DNA of 64,000 bases from Clostridia bacterium (GCA_022651385.1 JALCQR010000003.1:56967-120966), one strand, 5' to 3'. Shown: positions 1 to 9,297, counted from the first letter of the stretch. Numbers and translations are program-made. Notes: generated by a model not told the origin, from the sequence alone.

Positions 1-879
1 CCTTGCGGCATCGCCGAATTCTTTCTCACTGTATTTATTTTTATAAGGTTCTTTTGTATAGGCAGCTATTATTCCTCTCGACGAATTTATAATGGCTCCG
101 AGAGAATTTTTAAAGCAAACCGCCAAATCCTCAGCTTTTCCGCCCTGAGCGCCGTAGCCCGGTACAAGAAAAAACGTATGAGGCATTAATTTTCTAAGCC
201 TTTCGGCCTGCATCGGATGAGTGGCTCCCACAACAGCACCTATTCCCGAATAGCCGTATTTACCCGGGATATTTTCTCCCCATTTTTCAACAAGGCTTCC
301 TACTTTTTCATAAAGCTTCATTCCTTGGCAGTCAATATCCTGAAGCTCCCCGCTGTTTGGGTTTGAGGTTTTTACAAGTACAAACAACCCTTTTTCATAT
401 TCTTTACAGTTTTTTATATAAGGCTCAACGGAATCCCAGCCAAGATATGGGTTTATAGTTATAAAATCTTCTCCGTAAATTTCATGAGCTTCTTTTCCAA
501 TCTTTATCCTTCCTATATGACCGTCGGAATATGCCTCGGCTGTTGAGGTTATATCACCTCTTTTTATATCGCCTATTACTATAAGTCCCTTTTCTTTGGC
601 ATATTTTATAGTGTCTATAAAACACTGAATGCCGCAGGAACCAAGCATTTCATACATTGCCACCTGAGGTTTTACGGCTGGTACAAGGTCATATACAGAA
701 TCAATTATTACCTTATTAAAGGTTAAAAAACTGTCAGCCATTGCTTTCGGCGTATTTCCGAACTTCTCAATGCTTTCTTTTTTTATAAACTCAGGAACAA
801 ATGAAAATCTCGGATCAAGACCTACAACAGTCGGGTTTTCAGTTTTGATTATTTTTTCAATAAGCCTGTCCGTTATCAT
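1..879 (-). CDS. pyrF: orotidine 5'-phosphate decarboxylase, long (type 2) form; C-terminus runs off the left edge
   Basis: My own minus-strand translation from the ATG at 879 gives MITDRLIEKIIKTENPTVVGLDPRF...VKPQVAMYE...IGDIKRGDI...SNPNSGELQ. The ATGA start/stop overlaps pyrC. The frame is open to position 1. Confidence 0.8.
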   Translation of the reverse strand, partial: MITDRLIEKIIKTENPTVVGLDPRFSFVPEFIKKESIEKFGNTPKAMADSFLTFNKVIIDSVYDLVPAVKPQVAMYEMLGSCGIQCFIDTIKYAKEKGLIVIGDIKRGDITSTAEAYSDGHIGRIKIGKEAHEIYGEDFITINPYLGWDSVEPYIKNCKEYEKGLFVLVKTSNPNSGELQDIDCQGMKLYEKVGSLVEKWGENIPGKYGYSGIGAVVGATHPMQAERLRKLMPHTFFLVPGYGAQGGKAEDLAVCFKNSLGAIINSSRGIIAAYTKEPYKNKYSEKEFGDAAR

Positions 880-2162
880 TTAATTTGCCCTTTCTCAAAT
901 ACTATTTTGCCTCCAACTATAGTCATCTCAACTTTGCCTCTGACTTTATAACCGTTAAACGGTGTGTTTTTTCCCTTTGAAAGAAACGTTGATGAATCTA
1001 TACTGTATTGAGTGTCAGGATTTATTATCGTAATATCAGCGTCAAACCCTTCCGAAAGATTGCCTTTTTTAATTCCCAGAAGTTTTGCAGGATTAACCGA
1101 CATTTTTTCAATAAGCTGATTTTCAGTAATGTATCCGCCGTCGACAAGCACAGTTATTCCAAGCGGAAGCGCCGTTTCAAGCCCAACAATGCCGAAAGCC
1201 GCTTTTTCATATTCGCAGTTTTTCTCATCTGAGCTGTGCGGTGCATGGTCTGTAGCTATTATATCAGCCGTTCCGTCTTCAAGTGCCTCTCTTACAGCTT
1301 CAACATCTTCTTTTGATCTTAAAGGCGGATTCATTTTTGTATTTGCGTCATATGAGTCAACCGCAGTATCATCAAGAGTAAAATGATGCGGTGTTATCTC
1401 AGCGCTTACATTCTGTCCTTGAGATTTTGCATATCTTATAAGGTCAACTGCTCCTTTGGTTGATACATGGCAAATGTGAAGCCTTGCTCCTGTGCTTTTG
1501 GCAAGTATTATGTCCCTTGCAACAATCACATCTTCTGAATCGTTTGATATTCCTTTAAGTCCCATAATCTGACTTTGAGCGCTATAATTCATGCATCCTC
1601 CGGCAACAAGGTCTTTATCCTCACAGTGGCTGAAAACCGGTATATCAAACATTTTCGAGTAGCTCATAGCCGTTTTTAAAATGCCGCTGTTTTCAACGCT
1701 TTTTCCGTCCTCACTTATTGCACAGGCTCCGGCTTTTGCCATTTTTCCTATCTCCGCAAGCTCTTCGCCTTTCTGTCCTTTGGTTATTGCTCCTATAGGC
1801 AGGACATTTACTACAGCCTCTCTCTGGGCTTTCAGTTTAATATACTCAACCATTATTTCGCTGTCAACAACAGGTTTCGTGTTAGGCATGCAGCATATTG
1901 TTGTGTAACCTCCTGCGGCGGCAGCATAGCTTCCGGTAGCTATCGTTTCTTTGTACTCAAAGCCCGGCTCTCTTAAATGTACGTGAACATCAATAAGCCC
2001 CGGCACAACCCATTTTCCTGCGGCATCTATTGTTCTTTCAGCCGATTCCTCTATATTCTCAGATATTTTTTCCACTTTTCCGTCTGATATAAGAATATCT
2101 GCTTTCTTATCTATTCCTGACGCCGGATTTATGATTCTTCCGTTTTTTATTAAAATCTTCAT
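876..2162 (-). CDS. pyrC: dihydroorotase
   Basis: 428 aa with the DVHVHLREPG and TDHAPH metal-ligand motifs. Translationally coupled to pyrB and pyrF. Confidence 0.93.
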   Translation of the reverse strand: MKILIKNGRIINPASGIDKKADILISDGKVEKISENIEESAERTIDAAGKWVVPGLIDVHVHLREPGFEYKETIATGSYAAAAGGYTTICCMPNTKPVVDSEIMVEYIKLKAQREAVVNVLPIGAITKGQKGEELAEIGKMAKAGACAISEDGKSVENSGILKTAMSYSKMFDIPVFSHCEDKDLVAGGCMNYSAQSQIMGLKGISNDSEDVIVARDIILAKSTGARLHICHVSTKGAVDLIRYAKSQGQNVSAEITPHHFTLDDTAVDSYDANTKMNPPLRSKEDVEAVREALEDGTADIIATDHAPHSSDEKNCEYEKAAFGIVGLETALPLGITVLVDGGYITENQLIEKMSVNPAKLLGIKKGNLSEGFDADITIINPDTQYSIDSSTFLSKGKNTPFNGYKVRGKVEMTIVGGKIVFEKGQIK

Positions 2163-3085
2163 CTAACATGTCCCCCTTCCATAAGAAGTTTAAGTACTGC
2201 CATTCTTACGGCAACTCCGTTTTTAACCTGTATATTTATAACTGAATTACAGCTATCCACTACTTCCGTACTAAGTTCAATCCCTCTGTTTACAGGCCCC
2301 GGATGCATTATAAGAACATCTTTTTTTGCATATTTTTTTATGATTTCTGCATTTAATCCAAAAAGCTGCCTGTATTCTTCAAGGCCCGGAAATGACATTG
2401 TTTTAAACCTTTCAAACTGTATCCTGAGCCCCATAATTACATCTGCGTTGCTTATTGCTTCCCTAATATCGCTTGTAGTGTGTATACCAAGCTTTCCGAG
2501 ACCTCCAAGCATAGTGGAAGGCCCTGCAAGAGTTACATCGGCACCCAGTTTTTTAAGACCGAAAACATTGCTCCTTGCAACACGGCTGTGAGAAATGTCT
2601 CCGATTATTGCAACCTTCAGTCCATCAAAGCTTTTTTTGTAATCCTTTATAGTATACAAATCCAGCAATGCCTGAGTCGGATGTTCGTTTGCGCCGTCTC
2701 CTGCGTTTATTACGTGTGCTTTTACATTTTTTGCAAGCACATGCGGTGCTCCGGCAAGACTGTTTCTCATTATCATTATGTCTACTCCCATTTGGTCAAT
2801 GGTCTTTCCGGTATCAATCAGACTTTCGCCTTTTTTCACACTGCTATTATTTATTCCGAGGTCCTGAACTGTAGCACCAAGATATTTTCCAGCAAGAGAA
2901 AATGAAGTTTTTGTCCTCGTGCTGTTTTCATAAAAAAGTGTAACTATGCTTGTATTTTTTAATTCTGGTATCCTTAACTCAGGATTATCTATCCTTTTTT
3001 TCATTTCAGACGCCATGTCAAGTATTGAAAGTATTTCTTCCCTGCTTACGTCTCTTAGACCAAGAACATCTTTACGATTTAACAT
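2159..3085 (-). CDS. pyrB: aspartate carbamoyltransferase catalytic subunit
   Basis: 308 aa with the ENSTRTKTSF, HPTQ and HPGPVNRG motifs. An AAAGGAA RBS precedes the ATG. Confidence 0.93.
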   Translation of the reverse strand: MLNRKDVLGLRDVSREEILSILDMASEMKKRIDNPELRIPELKNTSIVTLFYENSTRTKTSFSLAGKYLGATVQDLGINNSSVKKGESLIDTGKTIDQMGVDIMIMRNSLAGAPHVLAKNVKAHVINAGDGANEHPTQALLDLYTIKDYKKSFDGLKVAIIGDISHSRVARSNVFGLKKLGADVTLAGPSTMLGGLGKLGIHTTSDIREAISNADVIMGLRIQFERFKTMSFPGLEEYRQLFGLNAEIIKKYAKKDVLIMHPGPVNRGIELSTEVVDSCNSVINIQVKNGVAVRMAVLKLLMEGGHVR

Positions 3086-3109
3086 TTAACCATTCCTTTC
3101 AGAGCAATG

Positions 3110-3149
3110 CAAAAATAAAGGCAATAAAAAGTATTTACTTTTTATTGCC
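3110..3149 (-). terminator. intrinsic terminator/attenuator in the pyrB leader
   Basis: Minus strand reads GGCAAUAAAAAG-UAAAUAC-CUUUUUAUUGCC, a perfect 12-bp stem, followed by UUUAUUUUUG. It lies about 25 nt upstream of the pyrB RBS. Confidence 0.6.
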
Positions 3150-3276
3150 AAAAATGTGAAAAATAATTATTCTTAATTGAAGAAAAAATTGAATAAATTG
3201 AAAATCCGGCAGTGCCAAAAACACTGCTTGTGCAATTTAAAAATACGTCTTTGTAACTTGCCGCGCACGTTTTCAT
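3142..3276 (-). CDS. candidate 44-codon pyr leader peptide (MKTCAASYKDVFLNCTSSVFGTAGFSIYSIFSSIKNNYFSHFWQ)
   Basis: GGAGGGA RBS 9 nt upstream of the ATG. The last three codons (TGG CAA TAA) lie inside the 5' arm of the terminator hairpin. Below the size cut-off of the ORF track. Confidence 0.3.
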   Translation of the reverse strand: MKTCAASYKDVFLNCTSSVFGTAGFSIYSIFSSIKNNYFSHFWQ

Positions 3277-3397
3277 TTTCTTTTCCCTCCATAAATTTTG
3301 CATATTTATACTGTTCTATGCATACATTTTGATTATTCTATCATAAACATGCTTTTCCTGTCAATACATGAAATGATAATACCTTTATAAAAATTTC

Positions 3398-3425
3398 TTG
3401 ACCTTTATTGTATATGTATTATAAA
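3398..3425 (+). promoter_or_regulatory. sigma-A-like promoter for prfC
   Basis: TTGACC, 16-nt spacer, TATAAA, about 45 nt upstream of the prfC ATG. Confidence 0.4.
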
Positions 3426-3470
3426 ATGGAAATTAAATGTTTACACTAACAAAAATAGAAGGGATTAAAA

Positions 3471-5066
3471 ATGGTATCAAAAGAATTAATTGAGAACATA
3501 AATAAGAGGAGAATATTCGGCATAATATCACATCCTGATGCCGGAAAAACAACTCTTACAGAAAAACTGCTTCTTCATGGCGGAGCCATACATCAGGCAG
3601 GTACTGTAAAAGCCAGAAGAAATTCAAAATTTGCAACTTCCGATTGGATGGAAATAGAAAAACAGAGAGGCATTTCCGTTACTTCTTCAGTAATGCAGTT
3701 TGAATATGAAGGCAAAGTTGTTACAATAATGGATACGCCGGGACATAACGATTTCGGTGAAGACACGTACAGAATATTAACTTCAGTTGACAGTGCCGTA
3801 ATGGTAATAGATGCCGCAAAGGGTGTTGAGGCACAGACAAAAAAACTTTTTAAAGTATGCAGCATGAGAAAAATTCCTATATTTACATTTATTAATAAAC
3901 TTGACCGCCAGTCAAGAGACCCTCTTGAGCTTACAGAAGACATTGAAGAAGCGCTCGGCCTTCCTTCAACTCCTGTAACGTGGCCGATAGGAAACGGAAT
4001 TACATTTGAGGGAATTTATGATATTATAACAAACAAGGTTCATCTTTATCGCAAAAACACAACAATAGAGCTTGGCAAAAACGGAGTGTTCGGGCCTGAG
4101 CTTGAAAGCAAAATTGACCAAACAAATTTAAAGATATTAAGAGATGAGATAGAACTTGTTCAGGGTGCCGGCAATGAGTTTGACCTCGACCTTATACTAA
4201 AAGGAAAGCTTACGCCTGTGTTTTTCGGGACAGCCCTCGTGGATTTCGGAGTAACCGAATTTCTTGAACATTTTCTTCAGTATTCGCCTGCTCCCGGAGC
4301 CAGAAAAACAACAAAAGGAGAAGTGCTTCCAACAGATGAATTTTTCAGCGGCTTTATATTTAAAATTCAGGCAAATATGAATCCGGCACACCGTGACCGT
4401 CTTGCATTTTTGCGTATATGCTCTGGAACATTTGAAAAAGGCATGACGGTAACTCTTTCAAGAACGGGAAGACCTATGAAAATAAGTCAGTCCACAATGC
4501 TTATGGCAAATGAAAGAGAAAATGTGGACAGAGCAATGGCCGGAGACATTATAGGCATATATGATACTGGAAATTACCAGATAGGTGATACTCTTACCAC
4601 ATCAAAGGAAAAACTTTTTTTTGAACCGCTTCCGACTTTTCCTCCGGAGCTTTTCAGACGTGTGCGTCCTGTAAATTCACTTAAAGCTAAACAGTTTCAA
4701 AAAGGTGTGCATCAGCTTGCGCAGGAAGGCGCAATACAGGTTTACACAAATGAATATAATGAAACGGTTTTGGGTGCTGTAGGAGAACTTCAGTTTGAGG
4801 TGTTTGATTACAGGCTTAAAAATGAATACAACTGCGACATACGTATGGATAATCTTGAGTACAGCGTTGTAAGATGGGTTAAAAATGTACCTATTGAAAA
4901 ACTTCATGACCTTGAAACATCAAGAATTATGCTTGTGTTCGACCATTTTTCAAGACCGCTTTTGATATTTGCAAACCAGTACACACTTGATAATTTTGCT
5001 CAAAAACATGAAGATATGACACTTGTCGAAGCTCTTGATATGGAAAGCGAGCTTGAGGAAAAATGA
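3471..5066 (+). CDS. prfC: peptide chain release factor 3 (GTPase)
   Basis: 531 aa with HPDAGKTTLTEKLL (G1), DTPGH and NKLD motifs. Full-length RF3-like organisation. Confidence 0.93.
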   Translation: MVSKELIENINKRRIFGIISHPDAGKTTLTEKLLLHGGAIHQAGTVKARRNSKFATSDWMEIEKQRGISVTSSVMQFEYEGKVVTIMDTPGHNDFGEDTYRILTSVDSAVMVIDAAKGVEAQTKKLFKVCSMRKIPIFTFINKLDRQSRDPLELTEDIEEALGLPSTPVTWPIGNGITFEGIYDIITNKVHLYRKNTTIELGKNGVFGPELESKIDQTNLKILRDEIELVQGAGNEFDLDLILKGKLTPVFFGTALVDFGVTEFLEHFLQYSPAPGARKTTKGEVLPTDEFFSGFIFKIQANMNPAHRDRLAFLRICSGTFEKGMTVTLSRTGRPMKISQSTMLMANERENVDRAMAGDIIGIYDTGNYQIGDTLTTSKEKLFFEPLPTFPPELFRRVRPVNSLKAKQFQKGVHQLAQEGAIQVYTNEYNETVLGAVGELQFEVFDYRLKNEYNCDIRMDNLEYSVVRWVKNVPIEKLHDLETSRIMLVFDHFSRPLLIFANQYTLDNFAQKHEDMTLVEALDMESELEEK

Positions 5067-5491
5067 ATATATTAGTAAGTGCATGTCTTTTGGGCATCGG
5101 ATGCAGATATGACGGAAAAGCCAAAAGAAATGAAGCAGTATGCGCTCTTTCAGAAAAACATACTTTAATACCCATATGTCCGGAACAGCTGGGCGGAAGG
5201 CCAACACCCAGAAAACCGGTCGAAATAAAAAACGGCAAAGTAGTTGAATCCGACGGAACGGAACACACTGCCGAATTTAAAAAAGGTGCTGAGGAAACAC
5301 TTAAAATTGCCAAAATGTGCAACTGTTCCATTGCTATATTAAAAAGCCGCAGCCCTTCCTGTGGATTCGGCACGATTTATGACGGTACTTTTACAAAAAA
5401 TACAGTTGATGGAAACGGTATTACATCTGATTTTATTTCAAAACATGGTATCAAAATAAAAAATGAAGAAGATTTAGATAGTTTTTGCTGA
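5063..5491 (+). CDS. DUF523 family protein (TudS-like Cys-rich protein)
   Basis: 142 aa. N-terminal MNILVSACLLGIGCRYDG and a later SPSCG motif are typical of DUF523. ATGA overlap with prfC. Confidence 0.7.
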   Translation: MNILVSACLLGIGCRYDGKAKRNEAVCALSEKHTLIPICPEQLGGRPTPRKPVEIKNGKVVESDGTEHTAEFKKGAEETLKIAKMCNCSIAILKSRSPSCGFGTIYDGTFTKNTVDGNGITSDFISKHGIKIKNEEDLDSFC

Positions 5492-5632
5492 AACTAATCC
5501 GTATTTTCTGTGCGCAATTGAACAGCACGTCACTGTTTTATCTATTGAAAACTTTATAAAACAATGATATTATAAAAAATGTAAGTTTTCAGTTGTTTTA
5601 AGCTATAAAAAAGTAAAAAGGAATTGATAAAA

Positions 5633-6982
5633 ATGTCTATAAAAAAACAAAGCCACTTTTCTCCGGCAAAGAGTATAATGATGGGTTTCCTTTTGCTCAT
5701 TGCTGTAGGTACGGTTTTGCTTATGCTGCCGATTTCGTCAAATGATGGATGTATGACATCATTTTGGGACGCTTTGTTCACATCAACCTCTGCCGTATGT
5801 GTTACAGGTCTTGTTATTTTCGATACTTTTACACATTGGTCATATTTTGGTCAGCTTATAATTATATTGCTGATACAAATAGGTGGCATGGGAATAGTTA
5901 CAATGACAATAGGATTTGCGGTGTTTACAGGCAAAAAGATTGGCTTAAAACAGCGGTTTCTTATGCAGGAATCTATTTCAGCTCCTAAAATTGCAGGAAT
6001 TATTAAATTAACAGGCTTTATATTCCGTACCACATTTATGTTCGAAGCCATAGGCGCTTTTTTATTGTCTTTCAGATTTGTCCCTAAGTTCGGACTTGCA
6101 AAGGGAATATGGTTTGCAATATTTCATTCAATATCGGCGTTTTGCAATGCCGGTTTTGATTTAATGGGAGCAAATGAAAAATTTTCATCTCTTACCGCAT
6201 TTTCTGATGATCCTGTAGTATGTATAACCATAATGACACTTATAGTGGTAGGCGGCATTGGATTTTTTGTTTGGGATGATATAAAAAACAACGGACTGAA
6301 TTTAAAAAGATACCGACTGCACACAAAGGTAGCGCTGTTTACTTCTTTATTACTTATAATTATACCGGCTTTATATTTCTTTTTTTATGAGTTTAGTTTC
6401 AGTAACTGGCGTAATATGCCGCTTGGCGAAAGGCTGCTTTCATCATTTTTCCAATCGGTTACCACAAGAACAGCCGGTTTTAACACAATTGACCTTACAA
6501 TGCTAAAAAGTACGGGTGTGCTTATTATGATTTGCCTTATGCTTATAGGCGGCTCGCCTGGCTCAACAGCAGGCGGTTTTAAAACCACCACGTTTGCCCT
6601 GCTTATATTATGTATTCGTTCAACATTTAATAAAAGAGAACATGTTGCAGTATTTAAAAGAAGAGTGCCTCTTGAGACACTTATAAGTGTATGCTCATTA
6701 ATATCTCTTTACATAATATTGTTTTCAGTTGCGGGGATGATTATATGCAGCATAGACGGCGTATCACTAAAAGAATCACTTTTTGAAGCGGCATCTGCCA
6801 TAGGTACCGTAGGATTATCTCTCGGAATAACATCAGAACTTTCACTTGTTTCAAGAATAATTCTCATTTTGCTTATGTATTTCGGCAGAGTAGGAGGACT
6901 GACAATGATTTACGCCGTAAGCGGCAGCGTTGGCGGAGACCTTATATCGGCACTTCCTAAGGAAAAAATCTCTATTGGTTAA
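5633..6982 (+). CDS. ktrB: TrkH/KtrB-family potassium uptake membrane subunit
   Basis: About 450-aa polytopic membrane protein with repeated pore-loop-like GG/GFN segments (AGFNT, GGSPGSTAGG). Start trimmed to the ATG at 5633, behind an AAAGGA RBS; the ORF track started at an upstream TTG. Confidence 0.87.
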   Translation: MSIKKQSHFSPAKSIMMGFLLLIAVGTVLLMLPISSNDGCMTSFWDALFTSTSAVCVTGLVIFDTFTHWSYFGQLIIILLIQIGGMGIVTMTIGFAVFTGKKIGLKQRFLMQESISAPKIAGIIKLTGFIFRTTFMFEAIGAFLLSFRFVPKFGLAKGIWFAIFHSISAFCNAGFDLMGANEKFSSLTAFSDDPVVCITIMTLIVVGGIGFFVWDDIKNNGLNLKRYRLHTKVALFTSLLLIIIPALYFFFYEFSFSNWRNMPLGERLLSSFFQSVTTRTAGFNTIDLTMLKSTGVLIMICLMLIGGSPGSTAGGFKTTTFALLILCIRSTFNKREHVAVFKRRVPLETLISVCSLISLYIILFSVAGMIICSIDGVSLKESLFEAASAIGTVGLSLGITSELSLVSRIILILLMYFGRVGGLTMIYAVSGSVGGDLISALPKEKISIG

Positions 6983-6998
6983 CGGAGGTAGAATAAAA

Positions 6999-7646
6999 AT
7001 GAAATCAATACTACTTATTGGCATGGGACGATTTGGAAAACATATGGCGCTAAAACTTCATGAGTTAAAGCAAGATGTGCTTGCTGTAGATAAAGACGAA
7101 GATAAAGTTGAGGAAATACTGCCTTTCGTAACAAACGGCCTTATAGGCGACAGCACGAAAGAACAGTTTATCGCTTCACTCGGCGTACGTAATTTCGACC
7201 TTTGTATAGTAGCCATAGGAGACAATTTCCAAAGCTCACTTGAAACAACTTCCCTGCTCAAAGATTACGGTGCAAAATTTGTTGTAGCAAGGGCAAACAG
7301 CGATGTACACGGCAAGTTTCTTTTGAGAAATGGCGCCGACAATGTAATTTACGCCGAAAAAGAAACGGCAATACGTGCTGCGGTAAAATACAGCGCCGAC
7401 AACGTATTTGACTATATTGAGCTTACACCGGAACATTCAATTTACGAGACACCTATTCCGCCTTCATGGATAGGTAAAACGATAATTCAGCTTGGTGTAC
7501 GTCAGAAATATCATATAAGCATATTGGCCATAAAGAAAAACAATGAGCTGATACCGCTTCCTAAACCGGACCATGTTTTTGATAAAGGCGAATCAATGCT
7601 TATACTTGGCGCAAATAAAGATATAAAAAAATTCATACAGTTTTGA
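6999..7646 (+). CDS. ktrA: TrkA/KtrA-family RCK (NAD-binding) regulatory subunit
   Basis: MKSILLIGMGRFGKH Rossmann motif. GGAGGT RBS at 6984-6989. Start trimmed from the track ORF (6930). Confidence 0.87.
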   Translation: MKSILLIGMGRFGKHMALKLHELKQDVLAVDKDEDKVEEILPFVTNGLIGDSTKEQFIASLGVRNFDLCIVAIGDNFQSSLETTSLLKDYGAKFVVARANSDVHGKFLLRNGADNVIYAEKETAIRAAVKYSADNVFDYIELTPEHSIYETPIPPSWIGKTIIQLGVRQKYHISILAIKKNNELIPLPKPDHVFDKGESMLILGANKDIKKFIQF

Positions 7647-7654
7647 AATTATAC

Positions 7655-7692
7655 AGGCCTTTAAATACCATTTGGTACTTAAGGGCCTTTTG
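7655..7692 (+). terminator. hairpin terminator between convergent ktrA and the recombinase gene
   Basis: AGGCCTTTAAATACC-ATTT-GGTACTTAAGGGCCT (bulged stem) followed by TTTTGTT. Confidence 0.5.
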
Positions 7693-9045
7693 TTATATCG
7701 TATACTCTATTTTTATTTCATCATCATTTATTACTATTCTTTTAATTAAAAGATGTATAAGCCGTTTGCGTTCTTCTTTGTTCATAGCCGGCCAAAGAGT
7801 GCCTATATTATCTACTTGTTTTTTTATTTCTAAGTTTTTACGTTCAAGCATTTTTGTTTCTTTTTCTTTTTCTATGCTTTTGCGTATATTTTCAAGTTCT
7901 TTTTTATTTTCGGATATTGTTTCAAATATTATATCGTCTTCATTTTCGGCATACAGGTTATAGAGGTTTTTAAGCTTTTTTTCCGCTAACTTTTCCTGCT
8001 TTTGAAGTGTTTCAATTATATCGCTGCTTTTTATAGATTTTGAAGCTCTGTTTTCCACTGAAAATTCCATTATGTCCTTTATTACAATATCCTCTATTTC
8101 ATCTGCCCAAAACTTTTTTTGATTGCAGTTTTTATCTTTTATAAGGTATTTTTTGGAACTTTGCTGTGAATAGCAGCATATTTTTTTGCCGTACTTTCCC
8201 CAAGACTGATAGTGCATTTTGGCTCCGCATTTTCCGCATACCATAAGCCCTGAAAGAAGTCCGGATGATGACTGTATTCCCTTTTGGGAAGAATCGTTTA
8301 TTTTCTCCTGAGTAAGCATAAATGTGTTGTTATCTATTATAGGTTTATGTCTTCCCTTGTACTCCTTGTCTCTGAAAGCTATGATTCCTATATTTGTTTT
8401 TCTTGTAAGAATCTGATAAACTATTCTGTCATATTTCAAGCCAAAAATATCGGCTATCTGCTGACATGAATAGCCGTTTAAATACATTTCATACATTTTC
8501 CTAACGTTTTTGGCATCTTTATTCGGCACAAGTATACCTTTGTTTCTGTCATAATCATACCCATACGGTATCTTTCCGCCACCCATCCAATAGCCGTTTT
8601 TAACCCTTTCAAGCATACCCATTCGTGTTCTTTCACGTATGTTTTCTCTTTCAAGCTGAGCAAATGCTGAAAGTATGCCGAGCATAAGTCTGCCCATAGG
8701 TGTTGCCGTATCCATTGATTCATTTAATGATACAAAATCCACATTGTTTGGATTAAACACATCTTCTATCAGATATAATGTGTCTTTTTGGCTTCTTGAA
8801 AGCCTGTCAAGTTTATAAACAAGGACCATTGATATTTTGCCCTTTTTTACGTCGTCAATCAATTCTTTTATAGCCGGTCTTTCAAGGCTGCTTCCGCTGA
8901 ATCCGCCGTCTATATAATATTTATATTTTTTTATACCCTTTGCAACACAAAACGCCGTAAGCTGTTCTTTTTGTGCTTCAATAGAGTAGCCTTCTTCCCT
9001 CTGGGCATCCGTTGAAACTCGGATATAAATAGCAGCAGTTTTCAA
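7693..9045 (-). CDS. large serine recombinase (resolvase/invertase catalytic domain + recombinase domain + zinc ribbon + coiled coil)
   Basis: 450 aa. The N-terminal AAIYIRVSTDAQREEGYSIEAQ contains the catalytic Ser. Also LDRLSRS, a Cys cluster (CGKCGAKMH...CCYS) and a Lys/Glu-rich coiled-coil tail. TTG start 7 nt after AAGGAGG. Confidence 0.9.
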   Translation of the reverse strand: MKTAAIYIRVSTDAQREEGYSIEAQKEQLTAFCVAKGIKKYKYYIDGGFSGSSLERPAIKELIDDVKKGKISMVLVYKLDRLSRSQKDTLYLIEDVFNPNNVDFVSLNESMDTATPMGRLMLGILSAFAQLERENIRERTRMGMLERVKNGYWMGGGKIPYGYDYDRNKGILVPNKDAKNVRKMYEMYLNGYSCQQIADIFGLKYDRIVYQILTRKTNIGIIAFRDKEYKGRHKPIIDNNTFMLTQEKINDSSQKGIQSSSGLLSGLMVCGKCGAKMHYQSWGKYGKKICCYSQQSSKKYLIKDKNCNQKKFWADEIEDIVIKDIMEFSVENRASKSIKSSDIIETLQKQEKLAEKKLKNLYNLYAENEDDIIFETISENKKELENIRKSIEKEKETKMLERKNLEIKKQVDNIGTLWPAMNKEERKRLIHLLIKRIVINDDEIKIEYTI

Positions 9046-9059
9046 ATCACGCTCCTCCT

Positions 9060-9182
9060 TCAGTCTTTAAAACGTCTTCTTACATTTTCAAGCATCTGCA
9101 GTGCGCTTTCTTTTTTCACTGTGTATTTTTTTATATCCTCCCGTCTTACATTTATTCCGTTTACCGTCCTTTTTACTCTCAC
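9060..9182 (-). CDS. candidate 40-codon basic ORF (MRVKRTVNGINVRREDIKKYTVKKESALQMLENVRRRFKD) directly upstream of the recombinase
   Basis: GTG start 7 nt after AGAGGTG. The stop lies 14 nt before the recombinase TTG and abuts its RBS. Too short for the ORF track. Confidence 0.3.
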   Translation of the reverse strand: MRVKRTVNGINVRREDIKKYTVKKESALQMLENVRRRFKD

Positions 9183-9261
9183 AGCGTCTCACCTCTTTAA
9201 GATGATTTCCAAGTCAATCCTTTTTATTCAGTAAAGTATAAAGGCGGTTTTGTTTTGGGCA

Positions 9262-9297
9262 AAAAAAGAACTTCTCAGATTTAAACTAAGAAGTCCA
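9262..9297 (-). terminator. intrinsic terminator containing repeat copy A
   Basis: Minus strand reads GGACUUCUUAG-UUUAAAU-CUGAGAAGUUC (11-bp stem including G-U pairs) followed by UUUUUUU. Confidence 0.65.
9271..9295. repeat. 25-bp near-palindromic repeat, copy A (cttctcagatttaaactaagaagtc)
   Basis: Identical to 9541-9565, in direct orientation, 270 bp start-to-start. Confidence 0.9.

Noticed and set aside
5492-5632. c-di-AMP (ydaO/kimA-type) riboswitch upstream of ktrB.
   Set aside because: The spacer is only about 140 nt, is AT-rich, and contains just a promoter-like TTGAAA-17-TATTAT. There is no room or motif for the aptamer.
7693-9045. The serine recombinase as the integrase of the 36-64 kb prophage.
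   Set aside because: About 27 kb of essential housekeeping genes (mfd, pth, prs, glmU and others) lies between them. By gene order, the prophage lysogeny end is on the opposite side, beyond 64 kb.
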